Of a stretch of DNA of 64,000 nucleotides, positions 21,001 through 28,324 are shown piece after piece (positions within the stretch are counted from its first letter, which is position 1; the number at the start of each line of letters is the position of its first letter). The stretch is from Candidatus Cloacimonadales bacterium (lineage in GTDB: Bacteria; Cloacimonadota; Cloacimonadia; Cloacimonadales; JAIOQZ01): the NCBI GenBank assembly GCA_963665815.1, contig OY762463.1:2112001-2176000 (forward strand). Direction: 5' to 3'. Position numbers and translations under genes: made by a program. The notes under the pieces were generated by a model that was not told where the DNA came from, made no database searches, and worked only from the letters and a program-made list of their open reading frames with translations.

Positions 21001-21361
21001 TCATAACAGTGTAGATGCCGATATGGCAGTTCCACAAGCTTCATATCTGGAAATCACAGGTACAGCAATTTCAGATGACTGTCGACTTGTTTCTTACAGC
21101 AATCCTAAGAAATCACCGATTATGCTGAACACAATCAATATGTTCCGTAACGCAGGTATTCTGGAAGACGCTGTTAACACAGAAGAATACTGGGCAGAAC
21201 AGGCGAAAGTCCTGTATCATCACCAGTGCTGCTGTTGTGTAAACAAACCGAAACTGATTGATGAGCTTGAACAGGTTAAGGAAGTATCTGATCAGGTAAT
21301 ACCTGTAAATCTCCTTAAAACCGAGATGATAGAAAACCTGAGAAAGCTTACAAAAGAATAG
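18050..21361 (+). CDS. Fusion of NuoG-like FeS, GltD/NfnB-like FAD-NADPH and degenerate molybdopterin-oxidoreductase domains (StnC-like)
   Basis: PTLC..GSCWVC, APCKIACP, GRVCPAFCE, GGGPSG, GGGNTAVD, YRR, EANRCLECGC, KCIKCGRCVRIC, CESCGKCITVCP; no H-cluster motifs seen. Confidence 0.85.
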   Translation: MINVKLNGIDIKTEAGKTILELAEEHGIRIPTLCHDEELNPYGSCWVCAVEVKGARGFVTACGTKVYDGMEIQTDTDEVHKARKMALELLLSDHYADCEAPCKIACPDQVDIQSYIAFIANGQYHEAVKVIKERLPMPLSIGRVCPAFCEEECRRTIVDEPIAIRQLKRHAADFDLNDHWTYVPEKAENKDKKVAIIGGGPSGLTCGFYLSNDGYDVTVFESAPKAGGWLRYGIPEYRLPKEILDMEIDLMCKNGMEIKTGVEIGKDIHLADLCKDYDAVYLAIGAQNAVPMRVKGGDLKGVILGVDFLRAHALGEKQDIGKKVAIVGGGNTAVDCARTSKRLGADVTIIYRRTRKEMPAEEFEVDASDEEGIKFYMLTNPTEFVGENGKLKKLVLEKMELGEPDASGRRRPVPTGETFEEEFDCVIPAISQVPEVTFLADEKNFVDGKPLPLTRWSTLETDENTMYSGMDNLFAGGDFRRGPATAIEAIADGRLASETIDKFLQGEEIEVNNWKFDSKKAKKLKEVAAEEYEQFEKIPRAKMPELEPEDRVTNFKEVETGFCDEEAIKEANRCLECGCQVNETCVLREYSTEYGIDFTRFIGDKNRHPIDTTHPFILRDANKCIKCGRCVRICSEVQGAGVLGYMYRGFTSIVAPEFGESLTKTTCESCGKCITVCPVGALTEKNVNYKMQPRTGGKVVQNSGISGLGASISVSVNTDSVTMVEPAIESGFNGRDLAFEDRFGWQIFEHGEKLLKPEKNGKTISWEEAADTIKAKLKDAKSKKIYMSADVTNEEVVLMNAVAEKIGAKLESLSLLTDFSDGIEACPVKKYEEIAQAEVMVLVGEVAPLLRTKARQNQRKGAKLIVVDAPDINFNNFADDQFATWGEFEKEELPAKTLFIYSRHSVDEKTAYEIWKKAANICDFSDGSGIINSTEWANRKGLLRRGVEAVIAENADFVILYGETPTDEQWKAIRNSGFVMQINTHNSVDADMAVPQASYLEITGTAISDDCRLVSYSNPKKSPIMLNTINMFRNAGILEDAVNTEEYWAEQAKVLYHHQCCCCVNKPKLIDELEQVKEVSDQVIPVNLLKTEMIENLRKLTKE

Positions 21362-21385
21362 AAAATAAACGAAAAATATACGAAG

Positions 21386-21420
21386 CAGGCTGTCGATGAT
21401 TCGACGGCCTGTTTTTGTTT
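21386..21420 (+). terminator. Intrinsic terminator
   Basis: CAGGCTGTCGA-tgat-TCGACGGCCTG followed by TTTTTGTTT. Confidence 0.8.
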
Positions 21421-21423
21421 ATT

Positions 21424-21462
21424 CTCCTCCCGTGGAGGAGTACGTCGGAGACGGGAGGTGGT
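21424..21462. repeat. REP-like GC-rich palindromic element
   Basis: CTCCTCC-CGT-GGAGGAG with alternative pairing CTCCCGT..ACGGGAG. Confidence 0.45.
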
Positions 21463-21573
21463 TTACATAATTATTCAAATCGAAATTTCCGGGTGCGTAC
21501 AAATAACTGGGTCTGAAGGAGACCCTAATTAGTTTCTCTTAGTAGGAGTAAAGATGATAAGCTCTAAAGCAGC

Positions 21574-21597
21574 GTAGAGACAACCGGACGGTTGTCT
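21574..21597 (+). repeat. GTAG-type REP
   Basis: GTAG followed by the palindrome AGACAACC-GGAC-GGTTGTCT. Confidence 0.6.
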
Positions 21598-21623
21598 TAG
21601 TAATTTCGTAGAAGGTTTTGTAT

Positions 21624-21657
21624 ACCTTCGCAATGGTCCTTAGACCTTGCGAATGGT
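21624..21657. repeat. REP cluster 1 (RAYT 3' flank)
   Basis: ACCTTCGCAATGGT-ccttag-ACCTTGCGAATGGT. Confidence 0.8.
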
Positions 21658-21688
21658 GTTCATGGAGCATTTTGTACAAATCTCCTAA

Positions 21689-22177
21689 TCAAGTATTCTT
21701 ATTCATTTCCAGAAATTCTTCAACACTTCCAAAATGCTTTATATAGAAATTTTCATTTACAAATGAATCATTCAGCAAGTAATTTAAAGATGAATACTGC
21801 AATTGCTTTTCAGTTTCAGGATTTTCATGTATATAGTCAATAATCTTCAGTAAATAATCATCCGTATCAATTAATCTGGATTTCACTCTACCTTCGAATA
21901 AAGTGCCAGATCTGCAATGCCTTTTATTAAAATACTGCGAATATCTATTGAAAATCCACTTTAACCAGTTTGAAAGAGGCCTGCTTCCTGTCTGTTTCAC
22001 AAGAAGATGATAATGATTAGGCATCAGGGCAAAAGCATAAATTTCAACATAACTTTCATGCTCTGAGTTTTCGATAATGTTTATTAATTTCATATAATCT
22101 GCATCATCAATAAATATGAGTTCCTTGTTACATCCCCTGTTAAATAAATGATAATATTTACCCTCAATATACTTCAT
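21689..22177 (-). mobile_element. REP-associated tyrosine transposase (RAYT; Y1_Tnp/IS200-like HUH)
   Basis: YHLFNRG, LMPNHYH (HUH), GTLFEGR, YIHENP catalytic Tyr; flanked by REP hairpins on both sides. Confidence 0.88.
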
Positions 22178-22221
22178 CTGTCCTCACATATATTTAATTT
22201 GATAATTAACATGTCAAGCCC

Positions 22222-22302
22222 ACCATTGCGAAGGTCCAGGGACCATTCGCAAGGGCTTTTGTCATGTCCCCTTCGCAATGGTCCTAAGACCTTGCGAATG
22301 GT
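22222..22302. repeat. REP cluster 2 (four arms)
   Basis: ACCATTGCGAAGGT, ACCATTCGCAAGGG, CCCTTCGCAATGGT, ACCTTGCGAATGGT. Confidence 0.85.
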
Positions 22303-22314
22303 TCTCTGGAAATA

Positions 22315-24072
22315 TCAACTCACACCATTAGCTTCTTTTATCTTTCCTACCAGCTCATTAAGTCTATCATTGAGATCAAAGTTATCAGTTTTAGCAGCAT
22401 TAGCTTCTATTTCTACATATTTCTTTGCTACGAGGACTTTATTAATAGATTTTGTGTTTTCACTATCTAAATAGGTCAGTTTATGATATTTATGTTTTTT
22501 CTGTTTATTAGCTATCTTATGAACCTTACTTATTGCATTGTTATAATTATCTATGTCCAGGTAGTTCTCAATTTCTCCACAGTCTGTTATCCAGACAAAT
22601 TGTTGATTGTCGGTGAATGCATTCTTGATTCTTTCCTTTGTAGCGTTAAGTTTGCTATTTTTTTGTTTTTTGTCACTATCAATCAAAATGCAGGAGTGTC
22701 TACCTAACTTTGCAAGTTCAATAAAATCATTTTCAACCTTTTTTTCATCCTCATAATCTAAATGACTCAGTAATCTTCCACCATAAAACATTATAGAATA
22801 GTGGATACCTTCCTTCAGTTTCTCGTCCTTAGATTTTATCCAGTGATTTAAGTATATTCTGTCAGAGGGACCCTCAACCCAGATTACATAATTTGACAGC
22901 AATAAATCACTTGGCTTATATCCAAGATCTGATAAAATCTCAAGCTTATCATTGCTTCCTTTTACTTTTGTACATTTTGTAAAATCGTTTTCCAGTCTAC
23001 AATGGTAAATATCTACATATGGAATGTCAAAAAAAGAGTTAGCATGTGTAGTAATAAAATATTGATTCCTTGTATTGTTGTATAAGTACTCAATGAATTT
23101 CTTCTGGAGTATTGGGTGGATATGCAGCTCCGGTTCTTCAATGCAGAAAATAACATTATCGTGCAGTGTTACAGCTGTTGCCAGAATTATCAATTCATGG
23201 ATGCCCGTACCAAGGCTCTCGATCGGTAATGGTTTTCCGTTTATCCTGACTGTCAAACTACTACTGTCTGATGCTGGGAATATTTCAACGCTGTCCTCAT
23301 TGAGAATTTCCTTCACAAAGTTTTGAATTTCGTTGAATTGATCTAATCTTTCGTTTAAATGAGCATGGTCTTCAGGATTTCTGAGTTTAAGTAATGATGT
23401 TCTCATCCCTTTCCCATCATAAATTTCTGATTCTATTTCGTGATCAGATGCTCCTGAAGCAGTAATTTCCCTTATACCATCAATTAATTTCACATCAAAA
23501 TGACCTGTATATCCATTTAAAGCATTCATGCATTCCCTATGGAGTTCCTTAAAATCCATAGGATAGTTCATGTAAATACTTCCAGGATAGAAAGATGGGT
23601 TCCTCTTTCTAACTTCTTTAACGAAGTTCATGAGAGTATCTTCAATTGTTTTTGTGAATTCTTTATTAGATTCCGTGTCAATATCTGTTCGTTTTAATCT
23701 TTGTTTTAGAACTGTAAAATAAATCCAAATTGATTCTTCATATTGGTTTACTTTATTCCAAATATTTGAGAATCTATTCCGAATTTTTTCATAGTAATTT
23801 TTATTTTCACTATCATCTGAATTTTGATTTATCTGCAGACTAAAACTCATTCTACTATTTAAGGTATTCTTTGGTGTATCTAATTCATTGTTAAAATCAA
23901 ATTCATCTTCAGATTTATTGAAGGAGTTTAGCTTATTTATAAAACGCAGTAAATTGGACTTTCCACAATTGTTAGCACCAGCAATAATGTTAATTTTTCC
24001 ACAGTTCTCAAGAGTCACAAATTCATCACCAAAACTACGGTATCCTTTTATTCTTATACCATCAAGAAACAT
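22315..24072 (-). CDS. OLD-family-like ABC ATPase plus TOPRIM nuclease (candidate defence protein)
   Basis: Walker A GANNCGKS, signature LGTG, Walker B IEEPE, TTH switch; TOPRIM IWVEGPSD and IDSD. Confidence 0.82.
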   Translation of the reverse strand: MFLDGIRIKGYRSFGDEFVTLENCGKINIIAGANNCGKSNLLRFINKLNSFNKSEDEFDFNNELDTPKNTLNSRMSFSLQINQNSDDSENKNYYEKIRNRFSNIWNKVNQYEESIWIYFTVLKQRLKRTDIDTESNKEFTKTIEDTLMNFVKEVRKRNPSFYPGSIYMNYPMDFKELHRECMNALNGYTGHFDVKLIDGIREITASGASDHEIESEIYDGKGMRTSLLKLRNPEDHAHLNERLDQFNEIQNFVKEILNEDSVEIFPASDSSSLTVRINGKPLPIESLGTGIHELIILATAVTLHDNVIFCIEEPELHIHPILQKKFIEYLYNNTRNQYFITTHANSFFDIPYVDIYHCRLENDFTKCTKVKGSNDKLEILSDLGYKPSDLLLSNYVIWVEGPSDRIYLNHWIKSKDEKLKEGIHYSIMFYGGRLLSHLDYEDEKKVENDFIELAKLGRHSCILIDSDKKQKNSKLNATKERIKNAFTDNQQFVWITDCGEIENYLDIDNYNNAISKVHKIANKQKKHKYHKLTYLDSENTKSINKVLVAKKYVEIEANAAKTDNFDLNDRLNELVGKIKEANGVS

Positions 24073-24170
24073 AAAATCTCCTTAAGTTACTTCTGAAGAC
24101 AATCATGTATATGAAAACATTATTTCAATATAATGTCAAGCTCATAATATTTAGCGCTACCGCTTATCCG

Positions 24171-24230
24171 ACCATAACGAAGGCCTTGGGCCCTTCGCAA
24201 GGGCATTTCCTCTGTCCTCTTCGGAATGGT
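24171..24230. repeat. REP cluster 3 (degenerate)
   Basis: ACCATAACGAAGG..CCCTTCGCAAGGG..CTCTTCGGAATGGT. Confidence 0.7.
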
Positions 24231-24251
24231 TAGCTTTGACCAAGTCATTCC

Positions 24252-24968
24252 CTAATACAAGGCAAAATAAACCAGCAATACAGAAATCATACTGAACAGA
24301 GTTCCCAGCATATAGTACTCCGTAAAAGCTCTATTCTGGTTAAATTCATCAAAGCGTATGATTGTTTTTGCTGTAAATATCAAACCAACTGCTGTATACT
24401 GATTGTTTATAAGAAATATCAGAACAAGCAGTCTCTCCAGATTCCCGATCAATTTCCCGGTCTTTTTAACTTCTCTGTTTTCTTCCTGCTGCTCAAATGG
24501 ATTAACATCATTGAAAAACTTAACAAATATTGTATTAATTGGTCGGAATATGATCATAACAACTACTGCAATTCTTATGTATTTGAACAAGAAGATATGA
24601 TTAAAGAAATCATGTTTGATAATCAATTCATTATATGCAGCTCCCTCAAGAATCCTACTAAAAATCAATATGGAAATTACGAAACTAATCTGCTCAAGAA
24701 CAAAGTACTTTTTGGTTGTGTTCTCACCTGAGGAGACTTTCTTCATTATCAGATTCAGCAGGTTCAAGACTGTTAATGTACATAGCCCCCATAATACTGC
24801 TTTTGTACTGAATACCAGAAAAATTACAATAGCTGATGCAAACATTCTTCCTGTTAACTTCATGGCAGATATACGATTCTCAGATGAGAACTCTCTGTAT
24901 CCCATTTCCAGATAGTAACCTGTCAGAACATAATAGAACAAAAGGATAATCATTAAATCATAATTCAT
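24252..24968 (-). CDS. DUF3307-family membrane protein
   Basis: Multiple TM segments; GKLIGNLER..AKTIIRF..EYYMLGTL motif; overlaps the SatD-like gene. Confidence 0.75.
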   Translation of the reverse strand: MNYDLMIILLFYYVLTGYYLEMGYREFSSENRISAMKLTGRMFASAIVIFLVFSTKAVLWGLCTLTVLNLLNLIMKKVSSGENTTKKYFVLEQISFVISILIFSRILEGAAYNELIIKHDFFNHIFLFKYIRIAVVVMIIFRPINTIFVKFFNDVNPFEQQEENREVKKTGKLIGNLERLLVLIFLINNQYTAVGLIFTAKTIIRFDEFNQNRAFTEYYMLGTLFSMISVLLVYFALY

Positions 24969-25635
24969 TTTCACACTCCTTAAGATAGAACATTGTTTCT
25001 TTAAATACTTCTTTATGCTTTTTGTATTTGTAATAATCTGAGAAAGATAATCTCCTTTGCAGACTGGACTGATTTATCTTCAGTGTTTCAGCCGCTTCAT
25101 TCTGGTTCTGAGCAAAGTGTTCCATTATCCTTATTGCTTCTCTCTGCTTCTCCGTCCAATTACTCTCTATAGATGATATCGCAATCAGAGTTGAATTAAG
25201 CAGATTGCTCAGGATTTCTATATGCCTGTTATGAGATGCAATTTTGATCATGATATTGCTGTAAGCTGTTTTATTGCTATGGCTCAGATGTTTTATGTCC
25301 ATCAATGATTCTCTTGCCTTGTAATAAGCCGGTCCGTCCGCACCAATAGCCATTTCAGGATTAATCCCTGTGGATATTTCTCCTATACCAATCCCAACCC
25401 TGAGCTTTACAGGATGGAGTTCAAATTGTATCTCACTCATAATATCAAGTATTCTGCTGCCGTCTGTAAGCAACCCCTGAAACTCATCACCGATTGTAAT
25501 GAGGAACTTGGCTGCTATCACAGATTCATACCTGCTGTTGATTCTCTTCAATTCTTTATCCAGAGCTATCTGAACTGATTTTCTATCATCCAGATCCCGT
25601 GATTTAACAATATCCGATATTATAGCGTAATACAT
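24958..25635 (-). CDS. SatD-family protein (cyclase/GGDEF-like N-domain, C-terminal HTH)
   Basis: IISDIVKSR, ITIGDEFQG, DGPAYYKAR, NQNEAAETLKINQSSLQRRL; likely start ATG at 25635 after GAGG. Confidence 0.8.
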   Translation of the reverse strand: MYYAIISDIVKSRDLDDRKSVQIALDKELKRINSRYESVIAAKFLITIGDEFQGLLTDGSRILDIMSEIQFELHPVKLRVGIGIGEISTGINPEMAIGADGPAYYKARESLMDIKHLSHSNKTAYSNIMIKIASHNRHIEILSNLLNSTLIAISSIESNWTEKQREAIRIMEHFAQNQNEAAETLKINQSSLQRRLSFSDYYKYKKHKEVFKETMFYLKECENEL

Positions 25636-25651
25636 GAACCACCTCTTTAGA

Positions 25652-25727
25652 TTATGCATATTATTCTTTTATGTATTTTTTTATGCATAATATATCTTTA
25701 TGTATAATATCTTACATTAATTGTCAA
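25652..25727 (-). promoter_or_regulatory. SatD promoter with four TTATG(C/T)AT(A/T) boxes
   Basis: Boxes at 25652, 25669, 25681 and 25698; TTGACA on the minus strand at 25722-25727. Confidence 0.5.
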
Positions 25728-25826
25728 GAAGAAAATATTTGATTGGAAAGGATTAGAAAGTTGTTAGAGTAAAGATGCTTTGTTTTGAGCAAAACAAAAC
25801 TCTAATGTGTAGATCATGTCAAGACC

Positions 25827-26002
25827 ACCATTGCGGTTTCTCTGGATGTATTTCTTCGAAGACATCTACGGGTCTGCTTCGCTGACCATGCGCAAGGGCT
25901 ATTACTCTGTCCCCTTCGCAATGGTTGCAAAACTTGCGAATGGTGTACCTTGATCATTAGCAGCAACTCCACCTTTATGAAGGCTTTCAGCTATACGCAA
26001 GG
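25827..26002. repeat. REP cluster 4, with internal hairpin insert and a degenerate extra unit
   Basis: ACCATTGCG.., ACCATGCGCAAGGG, CCCTTCGCAATGGT, AACTTGCGAATGGT; degenerate unit at ~25971-26002. Confidence 0.75.
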
Positions 26003-26011
26003 ACACAAATC

Positions 26012-27061
26012 CTACCCTATCACACCACCACCAATAAGTCTATCTCCGCGGTAAAATACTGCGGACTGTCCGGGAGTAATTGCACTTACGGGATTAACCA
26101 GCTTCACATCCAGTCTGCCGGTTTCCGCATCATAACTCAAGGATTCAACTTCTACAGCACGACTGTTATAGCGAATCTGCACCATCAGATCTTCTGCACT
26201 GAACTCAGCATCAAACCAGTTTACAGCATGAGCAGAGAATGTATCGTCCATCAGCAGATCACGATTTTCCGTAACCCACACAGTGTTTGTCTCTGCATCC
26301 AGCTTGTACACATACAGCGGAGCTCTCCAGGCTATATCAAGCCCTTTACGCTGACCTATTGTATACAGGATTATCCCATTGTGTCGGCCCAATACCTCAC
26401 CTGTGTCGAGTTTTATGTCTCCGGTTATAAATTCTACTCTATCCCTCAAAAAGTCTTTATAATGCCCTTTAATAAAGCAGTTGTCCTGGCTTTCCTTGTT
26501 TTTGCTTATATGCAGGCTGTTTTCTTCTGCCAGATCGCGGACAAACTCCTTGTCTACGGATTCCAGCGGGAAAATCAGTCTTCTAAGCTGTTCAGGAGAA
26601 AGCCTCCAGAGCATATAACTCTGATCCTTACGTTTATGATCACTGCGTTCTATATAAATTCTATCGTTTTCACTAATCAATTTTGCATAGTGTCCGGTAG
26701 CCATTTTATCATATCCGGCTTTTACAACCGCATCCATAAACAGCCCGAACTTGATAGTCGGATTACACAAAGCACATGTATTAGGTGTTCTGGCACATTT
26801 GTATTCTTCAATAAAGTTACCTACAACAATCTGTTCAAACTCTTTCTCAAGATGCACAACATGGTGTTCAATCCCGAGAGTTTCACAAACTCTTGCGGCG
26901 TCTTCCACCGCCTTGACAGAGCCTTCATGCTCTCCAAAACCGTATGCTTCATTGTCAAACTGCTGCATGGTAAAACCGGCAACCTCATGCCCCTGTTCCA
27001 TCAGCATAATTGCTGCTGCAGAACTGTCCAGCCCACCGCTCATTGCAATCCCGATTTTCAT
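26012..27061 (-). CDS. mnmA: tRNA-specific 2-thiouridylase
   Basis: AMSGGLDS, CNPTIKF, ATGHYA, KDQSY, TIGQRKG, TPGQSAVFY. Confidence 0.95.
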   Translation of the reverse strand: MKIGIAMSGGLDSSAAAIMLMEQGHEVAGFTMQQFDNEAYGFGEHEGSVKAVEDAARVCETLGIEHHVVHLEKEFEQIVVGNFIEEYKCARTPNTCALCNPTIKFGLFMDAVVKAGYDKMATGHYAKLISENDRIYIERSDHKRKDQSYMLWRLSPEQLRRLIFPLESVDKEFVRDLAEENSLHISKNKESQDNCFIKGHYKDFLRDRVEFITGDIKLDTGEVLGRHNGIILYTIGQRKGLDIAWRAPLYVYKLDAETNTVWVTENRDLLMDDTFSAHAVNWFDAEFSAEDLMVQIRYNSRAVEVESLSYDAETGRLDVKLVNPVSAITPGQSAVFYRGDRLIGGGVIG

Positions 27062-27070
27062 TGTATTCTC

Positions 27071-28324
27071 CTATGCGTGGATTCTTCTGATGTCAGCTCC
27101 AAGCTGTTTGAGTTTGTCATCAATCTTCTCGTAACCTCTGTCGATATGGTAAATCCTGGATACGTTCGTTGTTCCCGAAGCAGCCAGTCCTGCAATAACC
27201 AGAGCTGCGCTTGCCCTCAGATCAGATGCCATAACCTCTGCCCCACTCAGTTCCTTAACTCCTTTTACAATTGCTGTATTGTTATCGAGACGGATATCAG
27301 CACCAAGTCTTGCCAGTTCGGCAACATGCTTGAATCTGTCAGGATAAATCTGTTCTTCAATCGAGCAGAAACCGTCAGCGAGAGCCATTACAGCCATAAA
27401 CTGAGCCTGCAGATCTGTGGGGAATCCCGGATAAGGCAGAGTAGTTATATCCGATGCATTAAATTTATCTGTTCCGTGAATTGTCACTTCCGTATCAGTG
27501 TAGTCCAGTTTGAATCCACATTGTTCAAAAGCTGTAATAAGCGACATAATATGTTCTGTGAGACAGTTTGTTACAGTCACTGTTCCGTTGGTGATTGCTC
27601 CTGCTGCGAGGAATGTTCCGGCTTCGATTCTGTCAGGGATTACAGCAAACTCAACAGGGTTAAGTTCTTCCACACCGTTTATTACGAGTCTGGTTGTCCC
27701 GATTCCTTCTATATCAGCACCCATTGCCTGAAGGAATGCCACAAGATTGTCAATTTCCGGTTCCATTGCTGCATTTTCAATGATTGTCTGTCCCTTTGCC
27801 AGTACAGCAGCCATCAGGGTATTTCCGGTTGCACCAACAGATGACTTTTTGAAGAAAATTCTGGTTCCTTTAAGTCGTTCTGTTCTGGCGTAGATATAAC
27901 CGTGAGATATCTCGATACTTGCATCAAGCTGTTTCATAGCTTCAATATGCAGGTCGATTGGTCTTGGACCGAATGCACATCCACCAGGGAATGAGACATC
28001 AGCTTTGCCGAATCTTGCGAGAAGAGGTCCCAGTACATATATAGAAGCTCTCATTTTCTTAACAAGCTCGTAAGGTGCTTCATAAAAACTGCAGTGAGTT
28101 GCATCTATTTCCATGGTGTTACCAACCAGATCAACACGGGCTCCAATAACTCTTAACAGGTGAGCCATCATTTTAACATCGCTTATATGCGGTACGTTTT
28201 TGAGAACAGTCTTTCCCTTTGCAAGAAGAGAGGCTGCCATAAGAGGAAGTGCAGCATTCTTGGCACCGCTGATTTCCACGCTGCCGTTAAGCTTGTTTCC
28301 GCCTTTTATTATAAAACTATCCAT
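27071..28324 (-). CDS. murA: UDP-N-acetylglucosamine 1-carboxyvinyltransferase
   Basis: SGAKNAALP, PGGCAFGPRP, PDRIEAGT, DLRASA. Confidence 0.96.
   Translation of the reverse strand: MDSFIIKGGNKLNGSVEISGAKNAALPLMAASLLAKGKTVLKNVPHISDVKMMAHLLRVIGARVDLVGNTMEIDATHCSFYEAPYELVKKMRASIYVLGPLLARFGKADVSFPGGCAFGPRPIDLHIEAMKQLDASIEISHGYIYARTERLKGTRIFFKKSSVGATGNTLMAAVLAKGQTIIENAAMEPEIDNLVAFLQAMGADIEGIGTTRLVINGVEELNPVEFAVIPDRIEAGTFLAAGAITNGTVTVTNCLTEHIMSLITAFEQCGFKLDYTDTEVTIHGTDKFNASDITTLPYPGFPTDLQAQFMAVMALADGFCSIEEQIYPDRFKHVAELARLGADIRLDNNTAIVKGVKELSGAEVMASDLRASAALVIAGLAASGTTNVSRIYHIDRGYEKIDDKLKQLGADIRRIHA

Noticed and set aside
15804-21361. [FeFe]-hydrogenase, formate dehydrogenase or complex I
   Set aside because: No H-cluster motifs, no catalytic Cys/Sec Mo-ligand motif or in-frame TGA, and no membrane nuo genes.
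22148-22474. 108-aa plus-strand ORF
   Set aside because: Runs across REP cluster 2 and antisense to the neighbouring genes.
21624-26002. Repeats as a CRISPR array or integron attC sites
   Set aside because: No regular repeat-spacer period, no cas genes and no tyrosine-recombinase integrase. The hairpins flank a RAYT, so they were called REPs.
26228-27844. 538-aa plus-strand ORF
   Set aside because: Antisense shadow of murA/mnmA with no recognisable motifs.
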